Virus record (IMG/VR): IMGVR_UViG_3300009593_000019
Location: 1-61,109 of that record
Reading direction: 5' to 3' (one strand)
DNA length: 61,109 nucleotides
Source: a virus
Taxonomy: Duplodnaviria; Caudoviricetes
The position numbers and the translations under genes were made by a program. The notes below the pieces were generated by a model. It was given only the letters and a program-made list of their open reading frames with translations. It was not told where the DNA came from and made no database searches. Below are positions 36,439-45,986 of the stretch, piece by piece. Position 1 is the stretch's first letter; each line of letters begins with the position of its first letter.

Positions 36439-37173
36439 ATGGCTTTACCTAAAATTGAAGTCCCAACATATAGAATAACGCTACCTAGTGAAGACAAGAT
36501 AGTAGAATTTAGACCGTTCTTGGTCAAAGAAGAAAAGATACTTTTAATGGCGATGGAAGAAGCGAATGACGCTCAAATGAAATCGGCAGTAAGAGACCTA
36601 ATCAATTCTTGTACTTTCGGCAAACTCAATGTGAACACTATGCCTCTATTTGACATAGAATATTTGTTTTTAAATATTCGTGCCAAGTCAGTAGGTGAGA
36701 TTGCAAAATTCAAAGTATTCTGTCCTGAAGACAAGGTAACTTTATGTGATGTTGAACTAGACTTAACTACGGTTGAAGTGCAGGTTGATGACGAACATAC
36801 AAACAATGTGGTATTAGATGAAGAAAGAAGTCTAGGTATCGTGTTGAAATATCCAAACATATCCACTATTCCTATGGGCATAGATGAATCAAAAAATGCA
36901 AGTGCAATTTTTAAAACAATTGTAGAATGTATTGATTATATCTATGAGGGCGAAAAAGTGCATAAAGCAAAGGATTCTACAACACAAGAACTAGAAGAGT
37001 TTTTTAATAGCTTGAACACAAAGCAGTTTGAGAAGATTAAGAAGTTTTTTGACACAATGCCAAAATTAAGACACGAAGTTGAAGTAGTGAACCCGAATAC
37101 TAAAAAGAAGTCGGTGGTAACTCTTCAAGGCTTGTCTGATTTTTTCGTATCAGCCTCTCCCACAACAACCTAG
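36439..37173 (+). CDS. gp26: Baseplate hub assembly protein (gp26-like)
   Basis: MALPK...FRPFLVKEEKILLMA, FDIEYLFL.IRAKSVGE and L.GL.DFF motifs. Confidence 0.9.
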   Translation: MALPKIEVPTYRITLPSEDKIVEFRPFLVKEEKILLMAMEEANDAQMKSAVRDLINSCTFGKLNVNTMPLFDIEYLFLNIRAKSVGEIAKFKVFCPEDKVTLCDVELDLTTVEVQVDDEHTNNVVLDEERSLGIVLKYPNISTIPMGIDESKNASAIFKTIVECIDYIYEGEKVHKAKDSTTQELEEFFNSLNTKQFEKIKKFFDTMPKLRHEVEVVNPNTKKKSVVTLQGLSDFFVSASPTTT

Positions 37174-37202
37174 AGGCGTACTACGAGACTAATTTTGCGT
37201 TA

Positions 37203-37346
37203 ATGCAACATCACAAATATAGTCTAGCAGAATTAGATAATCTTTTTCCTTGGGAGAAAGAGGTCTATGTAGGACTACTAGTAAAATTTCTCAAAGATGA
37301 GAAAGAAAAGGCAAGAAGAGATAATGTAGGGAAAGGTCCTGCATAA
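37203..37346 (+). CDS. gp51: Baseplate hub assembly catalyst (gp51-like); probably made as a -1 frameshift extension of gp26
   Basis: MQHHKYSLAELDNLFPWEKEVYV motif; the frame is open upstream to the slippery site at 37140. Confidence 0.75.
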   Translation: MQHHKYSLAELDNLFPWEKEVYVGLLVKFLKDEKEKARRDNVGKGPA

Positions 37347-37370
37347 ATATAGATAAAGTTGAAAGGATTT

Positions 37371-37835
37371 ATGAGCAAAGATGAATTTAAAGTATCTGAC
37401 CAGACGGCTATTAGTATGCCTATGAGGAACTTAATCTCCATAGTGGCTGCAGTTGCAGTAGGAGTTTGGGCTTACTTCGGTGTCTTGGAAAGATTAAACA
37501 GAATTGAGACGAATGAAGAACTATTAAGAAAAGATTTAGAAGGCTACACCGTATCAATTAATAAAGAATTAGAAAAAAATACAGAATTTAGAATAAAATG
37601 GCCGAGAGGCGAAATGGGTACATTACCTGCTGATAGTGAGCAGTATATGCTTATTGAACACATTGCTGGTCAATTAGAGACTATGAGTAAGAGAATGGAA
37701 GAAATGATGAACAATGGGGTCAACATTAAGAGGTTACAAGAGGATGTTAAGTTATTGAGAGAGGATGTTGAAAAATTAAAAGATAGTAATAGAAATATAA
37801 TCTATTCTAACGGTAACGGTAAAAAGGAACAATAG
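37371..37835 (+). CDS. TM plus coiled-coil hypothetical protein
   Basis: AAGGA RBS; ISMPMRNLI..TM..LPADSEQYML. Confidence 0.7.
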   Translation: MSKDEFKVSDQTAISMPMRNLISIVAAVAVGVWAYFGVLERLNRIETNEELLRKDLEGYTVSINKELEKNTEFRIKWPRGEMGTLPADSEQYMLIEHIAGQLETMSKRMEEMMNNGVNIKRLQEDVKLLREDVEKLKDSNRNIIYSNGNGKKEQ

Positions 37836-37841
37836 AAACAT

Positions 37842-38150
37842 ATGAAAAAGACATTAGCATTATTATTTTCGTTGATGTTCTTTACGAGTGTTGTATATGC
37901 ACAAAAATTATACACAGGCGGCGAGAAATACGAGAAAGAGGGAGTTGTTGCCTTAACACTTACACTAAATGGTAAAATGATTGAGTGGGTATACAAAGAA
38001 AACTTATCACAATGCTTGAAATCTAAAAGAGTAGCAAGTAGAGAAGTAGGTGGTGAAAGAGTTATCTTTGCGTGTAAGATGGTAAAAGCTCTTTTACAAG
38101 AAGACAAACAAACAAAGTATGGTATTAGATTACTAAAAATATTAGACTAA
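37842..38150 (+). CDS. Secreted hypothetical protein (CLKSKR.A motif)
   Basis: Signal peptide; two Cys residues. Confidence 0.7.
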   Translation: MKKTLALLFSLMFFTSVVYAQKLYTGGEKYEKEGVVALTLTLNGKMIEWVYKENLSQCLKSKRVASREVGGERVIFACKMVKALLQEDKQTKYGIRLLKILD

Positions 38151-38157
38151 AGGATTT

Positions 38158-38613
38158 ATGAATAAGATATTATTAATAGCATTTTTATTTTTGATGATGT
38201 ACGCTCCAGCATATGCTGATTGTACAGGTTGTGGAGATGACGGACACCAAGTTTGTCCTATTGAAGAGAAGGCACATAAACATATAACGGTGATGACAGA
38301 AGAACATAAGACTTCAACATCACAACCAGAAGATGGTGTTGTATTTGCAGTATGTATCTTTGAAATTGATGAGGCAACAGGTGAAAGAAAATTAATTGAC
38401 CATAGAGCAAGTGAGAACTTGATGGACTGCTTGAAAAATAAAAGAGAAGCAGAAAGAGATTATAAAGAGAAGAAAGATAAAGGTGGTATCTTCAATATGA
38501 CTTGTGATAAAGTTAACGCAAAAGTACAAGTACAAGAAGATGGTTCGTGGAAGATTTTAGAAATATTAGGAAGACACGAACAAGCATATATTAGAAAAAA
38601 AGTTTACGAATAA
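38158..38613 (+). CDS. Secreted Cys/His-rich protein (CLKNKREA motif), likely paralog of the upstream gene
   Basis: Signal peptide AYA; CTGC..GH..C N-terminus. Confidence 0.7.
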   Translation: MNKILLIAFLFLMMYAPAYADCTGCGDDGHQVCPIEEKAHKHITVMTEEHKTSTSQPEDGVVFAVCIFEIDEATGERKLIDHRASENLMDCLKNKREAERDYKEKKDKGGIFNMTCDKVNAKVQVQEDGSWKILEILGRHEQAYIRKKVYE

Positions 38614-38629
38614 TCGTGGGAGATAAAAA

Positions 38630-38956
38630 ATGGCAGAAGAAAAGATTGTAGTACCTGCTGATAAAAAAGAAATCAGTAAAAAGGTAAAGGTTGACTTGGA
38701 AGTGGACACTAGTGTAAAAGATTTAGGTCCTAATCCTTACGCAAAAATTATTCATATGGCAAGAGCAGTAGACGCTTGGAGAATATTTCCAAGATTGTTC
38801 TTAACCGTATATATTGTTTTATTATACAAATGTGTAATTTGGTATATGAACTTACAGGCACCTACTATGGAACAAAGTGGGTTAATCAGTATCGTTGTTG
38901 GTGCTGGTGCAGCTTGGTTTGGTTTATATACAGGTTCAAGTAAGAAAAACAAATAA
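38630..38956 (+). CDS. Two-TM holin-like membrane protein
   Basis: D.WRIFPRL...WYM.L..PT.EQ...GAGAAWFGLY; basic C-terminus. Confidence 0.5.
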   Translation: MAEEKIVVPADKKEISKKVKVDLEVDTSVKDLGPNPYAKIIHMARAVDAWRIFPRLFLTVYIVLLYKCVIWYMNLQAPTMEQSGLISIVVGAGAAWFGLYTGSSKKNK

Positions 38957-38968
38957 GGTAACGAGTAA

Positions 38969-40519
38969 ATGGCCGCAACCACACTAACCGAAGCCTCGCA
39001 AGACGAGATAGTAAGCATATTCAAAGCAATATCTAACAAAGTACAAGGTTCTGTTGAAGGACTTGTTAAGACTACTCAGCCTAAATTAAATAAACTAGTT
39101 GCAGAAACAATAGACTCATTTAGAGATAATCCTCGTCAAGTTAACAAACAGATGAATTTGTTAGCAGATAGAATGAAAGAGTTAGGATTTTCTGTAGATG
39201 ATTTGACAGCAGGTATTGATGAAAAAGATTTAACTGCTGATATGAAGTCTTTACAAGACGCAATGAGAACTAGAGAAGTTAAGATTGTAGAGGCAGAAAA
39301 ACAAGTAGAAAGTTTGCGTAAACAAGGTATAGCGGCAATGGTTGAGCAAACAGAAGACGGTGCCAGAGCGATGGTAATGTCTACTAAAGAACTCAAAATT
39401 GAACAAGATAAAATTTTAGAAAAAGAAAAAGAATTAGTTAAATCACAATTAGAAATAACAAAAGATACAAAAGATGTAGTTAAAATGCAGGCTGGTCCTG
39501 CAAGAGAAGCCGCAGAAAAAGCAATCGCTGAAAGAAGTGCTAATTTAGAAGAAGAAAAACAATTACTTGAACAAAAAAGAATACAGGTAACAGGTCAAGG
39601 TAGAGACGAGATTGCTGGTGGTGGCGGTGGTGATTTTATTGACCCACGAGGTGCGTTTGCTGGTATATCTGATACCTTTATGGGTATCAAAGATAGTATC
39701 ACAGGTCCATTTGTTGAACTTGGTGAAATGGCAGCTCGTATGGGTAAATCTTTTATGAACTTCGGTAAAGCAATGAAGACACCTATTAAATCACTAAAAC
39801 TATTTGGTGCAAGTTTAATGGTTTCACTTGTACCTGTATTATTATGGGCAGCTGCTATATTAGCATTAGTTGCTCTTATCGCAGTTATAATGTTTAAATT
39901 CAAAGATATTAAACAAGCAGTCATAGACGCATATAACTATCTAGGAGAAGTATTTACAAAGTTTGGTGAATACTTAAAAGAGAAGTGGGATAATTTAGTT
40001 AATTATTTCACGGAGATGGGAAAAAGTTTGAAAGAGAGATGGGAAAAAGTTAAACAAGGTTTTTCTGATATGATAGACTATATTGTTGGTATAGGTGGTA
40101 ATATAAAAGACGCTGTACTTGGTGCTTTTAGTAAAGTTGGTAATTATATTGCAGACATATTTAAAAGAATCTATAATGGTTTCGTAGATAAGTTTGGTAA
40201 GTATATCGGTATGGAGAAAGTTGCATTGTCAACAGATACACAAGGTGCACCTAAAGAAGTTGAAGAAACAGACGAAGTTAAGAAAGCAGAAATAGAATCA
40301 AATGCTACAATGGAAAAAGTAGCAGCCAACAATAAAGAGAACGCAAAAACTTTGAGTGAAGAAGGTGCTACTCAAGCAGGTAAAGGTAATAATGTTGGTG
40401 TATCACAAGACAATAGACAAATTGTAACCACAAACAATCAGGAATCTATATTCGCAGGAAGTGGTAATAGAAATCCAGACCCATCATCAAAATGGGAAAA
40501 ACTAACAGCACTAACTTAA
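38969..40519 (+). CDS. Putative tail tape measure protein (gp29-like)
   Basis: Long helical protein with central TM-like segment and W/F periodic repeats; downstream of gp26/gp51. Confidence 0.65.
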   Translation: MAATTLTEASQDEIVSIFKAISNKVQGSVEGLVKTTQPKLNKLVAETIDSFRDNPRQVNKQMNLLADRMKELGFSVDDLTAGIDEKDLTADMKSLQDAMRTREVKIVEAEKQVESLRKQGIAAMVEQTEDGARAMVMSTKELKIEQDKILEKEKELVKSQLEITKDTKDVVKMQAGPAREAAEKAIAERSANLEEEKQLLEQKRIQVTGQGRDEIAGGGGGDFIDPRGAFAGISDTFMGIKDSITGPFVELGEMAARMGKSFMNFGKAMKTPIKSLKLFGASLMVSLVPVLLWAAAILALVALIAVIMFKFKDIKQAVIDAYNYLGEVFTKFGEYLKEKWDNLVNYFTEMGKSLKERWEKVKQGFSDMIDYIVGIGGNIKDAVLGAFSKVGNYIADIFKRIYNGFVDKFGKYIGMEKVALSTDTQGAPKEVEETDEVKKAEIESNATMEKVAANNKENAKTLSEEGATQAGKGNNVGVSQDNRQIVTTNNQESIFAGSGNRNPDPSSKWEKLTALT

Positions 40520-40520
40520 T

Positions 40521-40700
40521 TTGGAAATAATACTAATAACATTGGCAATCTTCATATTGGTTATGCACAATAATCCAGAACTATTTACTAGGATTACAAG
40601 AGCATTGAGAATAAGAACTGCTTATCTAAAACCTGAAGTGAGTATTGCTGAACTGATTATAATTGGATTACTTGCTTGGTTATTATTAAAACTTACCTAA
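40521..40700 (+). CDS. Possible small 2-TM protein (59 aa, TTG start)
   Basis: Open frame filling the gap; two hydrophobic helices; weak RBS. Confidence 0.45.
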   Translation: MEIILITLAIFILVMHNNPELFTRITRALRIRTAYLKPEVSIAELIIIGLLAWLLLKLT

Positions 40701-41123
40701 ATCATCTTCTGTAAAGATTTTGAACTCCCAACCTTGCATTTCGCAATAACGAACGGCTGCATTCCATTTAGCCTTGTTCTTAATATACGCTAAACTTTCA
40801 TTGATATATGCTCTAGTTTTACGAGACCTAGGTTTAGGTTTGACGGTGAACGCCTTTGGTTTGATTTCAATAATGTACTTACCTTTGTCGGTAACTACAA
40901 AGAAATCAGGAAAGTAATTGTGTAATTTCTTGGTCACAGGATTACGATAACGGATTGCTATCTCTTCACTACCCCAATGTTTGATTGCCTCATTACGGTC
41001 GCAGTATACCATAAATCTTCTCTCCCAATTAGACCGATAAACAACTCTATTAGGATTACCGATGTATTTGTCTTTGTTTTGAGGTTTATATTTGCCTTTA
41101 TAACTTGCTGTTGCCATTGCCAT
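40686..41123 (-). CDS. gp4: Head completion nuclease (gp4-like, TnsA fold)
   Basis: Y.G...P.N..KY.G....YRS.WE, WGSEE, YFPDF, IEIKP and N.AKW motifs. Confidence 0.92.
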   Translation of the reverse strand: MAMATASYKGKYKPQNKDKYIGNPNRVVYRSNWERRFMVYCDRNEAIKHWGSEEIAIRYRNPVTKKLHNYFPDFFVVTDKGKYIIEIKPKAFTVKPKPRSRKTRAYINESLAYIKNKAKWNAAVRYCEMQGWEFKIFTEDDLGKF

Positions 41124-41129
41124 TTCCTG

Positions 41130-41164
41130 TATAAATATTAGTACAATTCATAAGGATATTTATA
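41130..41164. promoter_or_regulatory. Face-to-face late promoters for gp48 (+, 41130-37) and gp4 (-, 41157-64)
   Basis: TATAAATA on both strands. Confidence 0.75.
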
Positions 41165-41165
41165 T

Positions 41166-42350
41166 ATGGGATATACAAACAAAGTAAGTCAAGTTATAAA
41201 AGGTCGTATCAATTCAGGTGCAAATGCTGTAAAAGGATTTGTTGATGGTCTTGCTGGTGATATAACATCACAAATAGACAACTTCAGCAATCAGTTTACT
41301 GGTGCCGAGAATAGTGAAGCGACTAAAGCAAAAGCACGACAGATTTTAAACAAATCACCACTAGAGATTGGTTCAGGTGACGCTATGCAAGGTAGAGTCC
41401 GTTCCAGAATTAATTGGGGTCAGATATATTATCCTGAAGAAACAGGTATGTTAGATGAAGGTCACTATGTAATATTTGATATTATTGAAAACAGAAAAAC
41501 ATCATATGGTAGTAATATGAAGAGAATGATAGAAGTACCAGCCGATGATGACGCAGAAGCTAATCGTAATGCAATTGCAACAGCAGATTCAGCAGCTGCT
41601 CCGAAGTTAACGACAACTAGAAAGGCAAGAGAAATGTCCTCTGGTATTGGTCAAGGTGGTTCACATACACATACAAGAATTAGTGATACGGTGTGTTTAT
41701 ATACACCTGCCGAAGCTGCAAAATTCTCATACAAAGCAAACTATGAAAACTTAGCAACTGGTCTTGCTGGTCTTATGGCGTCTAGTATGGAAGCAGGTAA
41801 AGATATGTCTTTCAAAGAAGCAATGATTGATGGTGGTGGTGCTGTGATAGAAAGAGTATTAGGTGAGGCAGTAACCGGTATCGTAAGTGCATTGCCTGGT
41901 GTTGGTGATGTTAGAGGTGCAATAGATAAGTCAATGGGTAGAGCATTAAATCCATTTAACGAACAAGTTTTTAGAAGTGTACCATTTAGAGAATTCCAGT
42001 TTCCATTTACATTTGCACCAAAGAATAGAAAAGAAATGTTAAATGTAGAAAAGATTATCAAGTTATTTAAATTTCATATGTTACCTGAATTTAGTAATAA
42101 AACTAAATCAGCATTTTTGTCTCCATCTGAATTTCAAATAACTTATATGTATCGTGGCAAGACAAACGATTATATACCACAGATTTCTCGTTGTGTTATG
42201 ACAGGTATGGATGTTGACTATGCAACAGAAGGAACATTCCATACATTTAGAGAAGACGATAGAGGAGCTGCACCTATAACAACAACAATGAATTGTACAT
42301 TTGCAGAAACAGAAATTATGACTAAAGAGACAATCGCTAAAGGATATTAA
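41166..42350 (+). CDS. gp48: Baseplate tail tube cap (gp48-like)
   Basis: NP..EQVF....FR.F.F.F.FAPK...E...II..FK..M.P motif; next to gp53. Confidence 0.85.
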   Translation: MGYTNKVSQVIKGRINSGANAVKGFVDGLAGDITSQIDNFSNQFTGAENSEATKAKARQILNKSPLEIGSGDAMQGRVRSRINWGQIYYPEETGMLDEGHYVIFDIIENRKTSYGSNMKRMIEVPADDDAEANRNAIATADSAAAPKLTTTRKAREMSSGIGQGGSHTHTRISDTVCLYTPAEAAKFSYKANYENLATGLAGLMASSMEAGKDMSFKEAMIDGGGAVIERVLGEAVTGIVSALPGVGDVRGAIDKSMGRALNPFNEQVFRSVPFREFQFPFTFAPKNRKEMLNVEKIIKLFKFHMLPEFSNKTKSAFLSPSEFQITYMYRGKTNDYIPQISRCVMTGMDVDYATEGTFHTFREDDRGAAPITTTMNCTFAETEIMTKETIAKGY

Positions 42351-42353
42351 TAA

Positions 42354-42863
42354 ATGTATTTTTCAAGTTTCCCACTTATACTATATGATATGAAAGGTGA
42401 CCAGAAAGCAAAACTGGCAACTAACATAATCAAACGAGTAAAGGTAAGAGAAAAAGTATTAGACGCAGCTATGCTGTATCAGAAGTACTTTGTACAACCT
42501 GGCGAAAGACCAGAAGATGTAGCATTTAATCACTTCGGTAAATCAGAATATCACTGGATTATATTGTTGACAAATAATATAACAGACGCATACTATGGTT
42601 GGCCTATGTCATATGCAGAATTTGAAACATTTTTAAAAGACAAGTATACAAATCCAGAAGGTATACATCATTACGAAAAGAAACAAACTAGTGGCGATAC
42701 AGGTGTCCATATAGAATGTATGGAATCAGACGCAGGTTCTGTATCTGTATCTAATAGAGAATACGAACAAAGAAAACAAAACGATATAAGCGAAATCAAA
42801 TTGTTAGACCAAGGATATCTATCAACATTTTTAGATGAGTTTGACAAATTAATAGGTGAATAA
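42354..42863 (+). CDS. gp53: Baseplate wedge subunit (gp53-like, LysM)
   Basis: MYFS.FP...GERPEDVA...G....HWIILLTN.I...WP motif. Confidence 0.9.
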   Translation: MYFSSFPLILYDMKGDQKAKLATNIIKRVKVREKVLDAAMLYQKYFVQPGERPEDVAFNHFGKSEYHWIILLTNNITDAYYGWPMSYAEFETFLKDKYTNPEGIHHYEKKQTSGDTGVHIECMESDAGSVSVSNREYEQRKQNDISEIKLLDQGYLSTFLDEFDKLIGE

Positions 42864-42865
42864 TA

Positions 42866-44323
42866 ATGTATAGCAAACTTAAAACCGATGACCTGAAAAA
42901 GGCAGGTGACTATACGCTATCTGAAATAGTGGTACATAGTAGAGAGTCTTTTGACGGTTCAAGTAAAGCAAAGAAAACAGATATAACAAGTCTTGTTGCT
43001 GAAATCAATATTTACGAAGATATAAATGAGAAGAACTTAACAGGTCAGTTAGTTATATCAGATAGTACAGGTTTGCCTAACAATATGCCATTGACTGGCA
43101 ATGAACTATTATCATTTAAACTAGGTACACCAGGTTCTAGTAGATATTATGATTTTGAAAAGTATCCTATGGTCATCTACAAGATAGGTGAGAAACAACC
43201 ACATAATCCTAGGTCACAATTCTATATTCTATACTTCTGTAGTAAAGAACAAATTACCAATCAAACTTTAAAAGTACAAAGACCATTTAGTGGTGCTGTA
43301 TCTGATATGATTTCTAGTGTAGCATTATCTGAATTAGGTACTAGTAAAGACATTTACATTGAAGGAACAAAAGGTAGTCGTAAGTTAGTCGTTCCTAGAT
43401 TTAGACCATTTAAGGCAATTGATTTCTTATGCAGTATGGCAGAATCAAGTCAGTTTAATTCAACAGGATTTAAATGGTACGAGACAGCAGATGGATTTCA
43501 TTGCCGTTCATATGAGAATATGATGGCAGTAGGATTAGATAGTACAAGACCTAACAATGGTTATTTTAAACCAACTATGGCAGGTACTACAAGAGATAAA
43601 GGTAACCGTGATGTTACCCAAGAAATGCAGACAATGTTTAGTTATGAAGTTATAGACCAGTTTAATCTTATGAAAATGTTAGGTATGGGTGGTGTTGCAA
43701 GTCGTGTATTAAAGACAGATTTATTTAACAAGACATTTAGTAATGCAGATTTTAATTACGAAAAGAACTATGATACACAACATCATACAGAGCACGATGG
43801 TATGGGTATGAGACAAGGTGATAAGAAATTACTACCTAATTATCCATTTAGAAATAACTTGGCACTTACAGATTACGCAGATGGTACTTTCTTTCATAGT
43901 AGTGAGACAGAAAATCAATATGATGGTTATTCTTCTGTATCGCCAGAAAACTCAATGCTGAATAGAATAGCACAAGAGGTAGCATTAGAATGCTTTAAAG
44001 TAAAATTTGATGTGCCTGGATACACAGGATTATCAGTTGGTGAAATGGTTGGATTAGAACTGCCTAGATACGAAAGTATAAGTGTTGGTGATATAGACCA
44101 AGACCATATAATGTCAGGCAGATGGTTAGTATCAAGTATAATACATAAAGTTATACCAGCAAAGAGTTACCACTCAATGACCGTTGAATGTCTGAAAGAT
44201 AGTGTAAAATCGCCATACTATAATGAAACAATTAAAGTAGAAGAAGGAAAAGAAGATAAAGGTAAAGTCTTTGAGCAAGAGAAGATAGATGAAGGTATCT
44301 TTGGAATCTTTGATGAATATTAA
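42866..44323 (+). CDS. Baseplate hub protein (gp27-like)
   Basis: I.IYEDI....TG...I.DS, P...PF.AI..L and SGRWLVSSI.H motifs; sits before gp5. Confidence 0.6.
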   Translation: MYSKLKTDDLKKAGDYTLSEIVVHSRESFDGSSKAKKTDITSLVAEINIYEDINEKNLTGQLVISDSTGLPNNMPLTGNELLSFKLGTPGSSRYYDFEKYPMVIYKIGEKQPHNPRSQFYILYFCSKEQITNQTLKVQRPFSGAVSDMISSVALSELGTSKDIYIEGTKGSRKLVVPRFRPFKAIDFLCSMAESSQFNSTGFKWYETADGFHCRSYENMMAVGLDSTRPNNGYFKPTMAGTTRDKGNRDVTQEMQTMFSYEVIDQFNLMKMLGMGGVASRVLKTDLFNKTFSNADFNYEKNYDTQHHTEHDGMGMRQGDKKLLPNYPFRNNLALTDYADGTFFHSSETENQYDGYSSVSPENSMLNRIAQEVALECFKVKFDVPGYTGLSVGEMVGLELPRYESISVGDIDQDHIMSGRWLVSSIIHKVIPAKSYHSMTVECLKDSVKSPYYNETIKVEEGKEDKGKVFEQEKIDEGIFGIFDEY

Positions 44324-44477
44324 GAGAATATTCGTAGTTTATTCATATGACAACAACTAGAGAGAACCATAGAGAATCGCCCTCCGAGACGCCCCTCCAG
44401 AGGTCTAAAGGGCATAGATTAGGGTATCTCAGCACACGCTCCACTCTATCTGCTGACATACAAACCAGAATAAATGA

Positions 44478-44492
44478 GAACAAAATGAGAAC
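44478..44492. promoter_or_regulatory. GAAC-N7-GAAC box (alphaproteobacterial LexA-like)
   Basis: GAACAAAATGAGAAC in an intergenic/low-confidence coding region. Confidence 0.4.
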
Positions 44493-44501
44493 AAAAACAC
44501 A

Positions 44502-44765
44502 ATGATTAGAACAATGAAAGAATTAAACAACCCTTTACGCAACACATTTAGAACCATACGCAAGACCTATGAGGATGCTCTGTATAAAGTAATCTTACAG
44601 AAGTTTTTTAAAGGAACATACGCAATAGACGAACTCAATCATAAAGTCGGCGTACTAGAAGCAATCGCTATACGCACGGCAGTATTACGAATAATGCTCA
44701 AAGATATGACACTAGCGTGTCAGTTGCGTAGGTTTAGAATAAATAGTAAAAATAATAGTATCTGA
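44502..44765 (+). CDS. Hypothetical protein (doubtful)
   Basis: ORF track; atypical codons and no clear RBS. Confidence 0.35.
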   Translation: MIRTMKELNNPLRNTFRTIRKTYEDALYKVILQKFFKGTYAIDELNHKVGVLEAIAIRTAVLRIMLKDMTLACQLRRFRINSKNNSI

Positions 44766-44799
44766 TGTTATCTAAAAGGTACAAGTATCGGAAGAAAAT

Positions 44800-45849
44800 A
44801 TGGCCAAGTTTATCACATTTACAGGAATAGTAGAAGACAGACAGGATCCTCATAAGGTAGGCCGAGTGCGTGTAAGGTGCTTGGGTTACCATTCAGACGA
44901 CATTACCGTTTTACCTACAGCGGACTTGCCGTGGGCGCAATGTGCATTACCTACGACTGCCGGCGGTATATCGGGCCTGGGCCAGTCGCCAACATTTTTG
45001 GTAAAAGGTACTTGGGTATATGGTTTCTTTAGAGATGGAGAGCAGGCGCAACAACCAGTTGTTCTTGGAGTACTCCCAGGAAAACCAATTGAGTATTCTA
45101 GTCGTTATTATTCAAAGGCCTACTATGATGGCTCTGGTGTGTATCCTAAATACATTAATGAGACAGATACAAACAGATTAGCACAAGGCGACAATAGTTT
45201 AGTTAATGAAATAAGAACAGCGACCAGAATAACAGATGTTGCTACAGCGGACTTTGATAGTCAGACTGCTGCTGATGGCAGTACTATATTAGGTTCTGAT
45301 ACAACAAAGTGGTCACAGCCTGCTATATCATACGCTGCTGTGTATCCATATAATAAGGTAACGGAAACAGAAAGTGGTCATATACAAGAGTTTGACGATA
45401 CGCCAGCCGCAGAGCGTATACACATAAGGCACAAGATAGGTACTTCTTTAGAATGGACACCAACTGGCGACCAAGTCAATATAATAAAAGGCCACAATTA
45501 TAAGATGGCCGTTGGTTCAGATAAGACTTATATAGAAGGCGATAGTGATATTAGTATAGATGGCCGCCATAAGATATACATTAACAAGTCTGCTACATTA
45601 AACAACCACTATGATATACAAGTAGGTGCTAATGCAAATCTTAATATACAAGTAGATACTGGCGATGTCAATGTAGTCACCAGAGTAGGTAAAGTCAATG
45701 TAAATAGTGGTGGTGATTATAACTTAAAGGTAGGTGGTAATTACACTTTAACCGTAGATGGAAGTCATAGTGAAACAATCGCAGGCACTCGTACTGAAAC
45801 GGTTACAGGCGATAACACAAAGACAGGTAAGACAATCAATCTCAACTAG
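44800..45849 (+). CDS. gp5: Baseplate central spike (gp5-like: OB-fold plus beta-helix, no lysozyme domain)
   Basis: G.VEDR.DP...GRVRVRC.G.H...LPWA, YPYN.V.ETESGH..EFDDTP motifs and V.G repeats. Confidence 0.9.
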   Translation: MAKFITFTGIVEDRQDPHKVGRVRVRCLGYHSDDITVLPTADLPWAQCALPTTAGGISGLGQSPTFLVKGTWVYGFFRDGEQAQQPVVLGVLPGKPIEYSSRYYSKAYYDGSGVYPKYINETDTNRLAQGDNSLVNEIRTATRITDVATADFDSQTAADGSTILGSDTTKWSQPAISYAAVYPYNKVTETESGHIQEFDDTPAAERIHIRHKIGTSLEWTPTGDQVNIIKGHNYKMAVGSDKTYIEGDSDISIDGRHKIYINKSATLNNHYDIQVGANANLNIQVDTGDVNVVTRVGKVNVNSGGDYNLKVGGNYTLTVDGSHSETIAGTRTETVTGDNTKTGKTINLN

Positions 45850-45986
45850 GGCCGGTTTGTTATCGGAAATCCTGATAGCAATTAGGGCAATTATAACTAG
45901 GACCTGCTGGGTAATCTATAAATGCAATAGACTATACTAAATATAAATTATGAAGAAACTCTTAAAAATAGCAGGTCTCTACTTCT

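Noticed and set aside
40686-41123. TnsA transposase / mobile element
   Set aside because: Motifs and position opposite gp48 match gp4 head completion protein; no terminal repeats.
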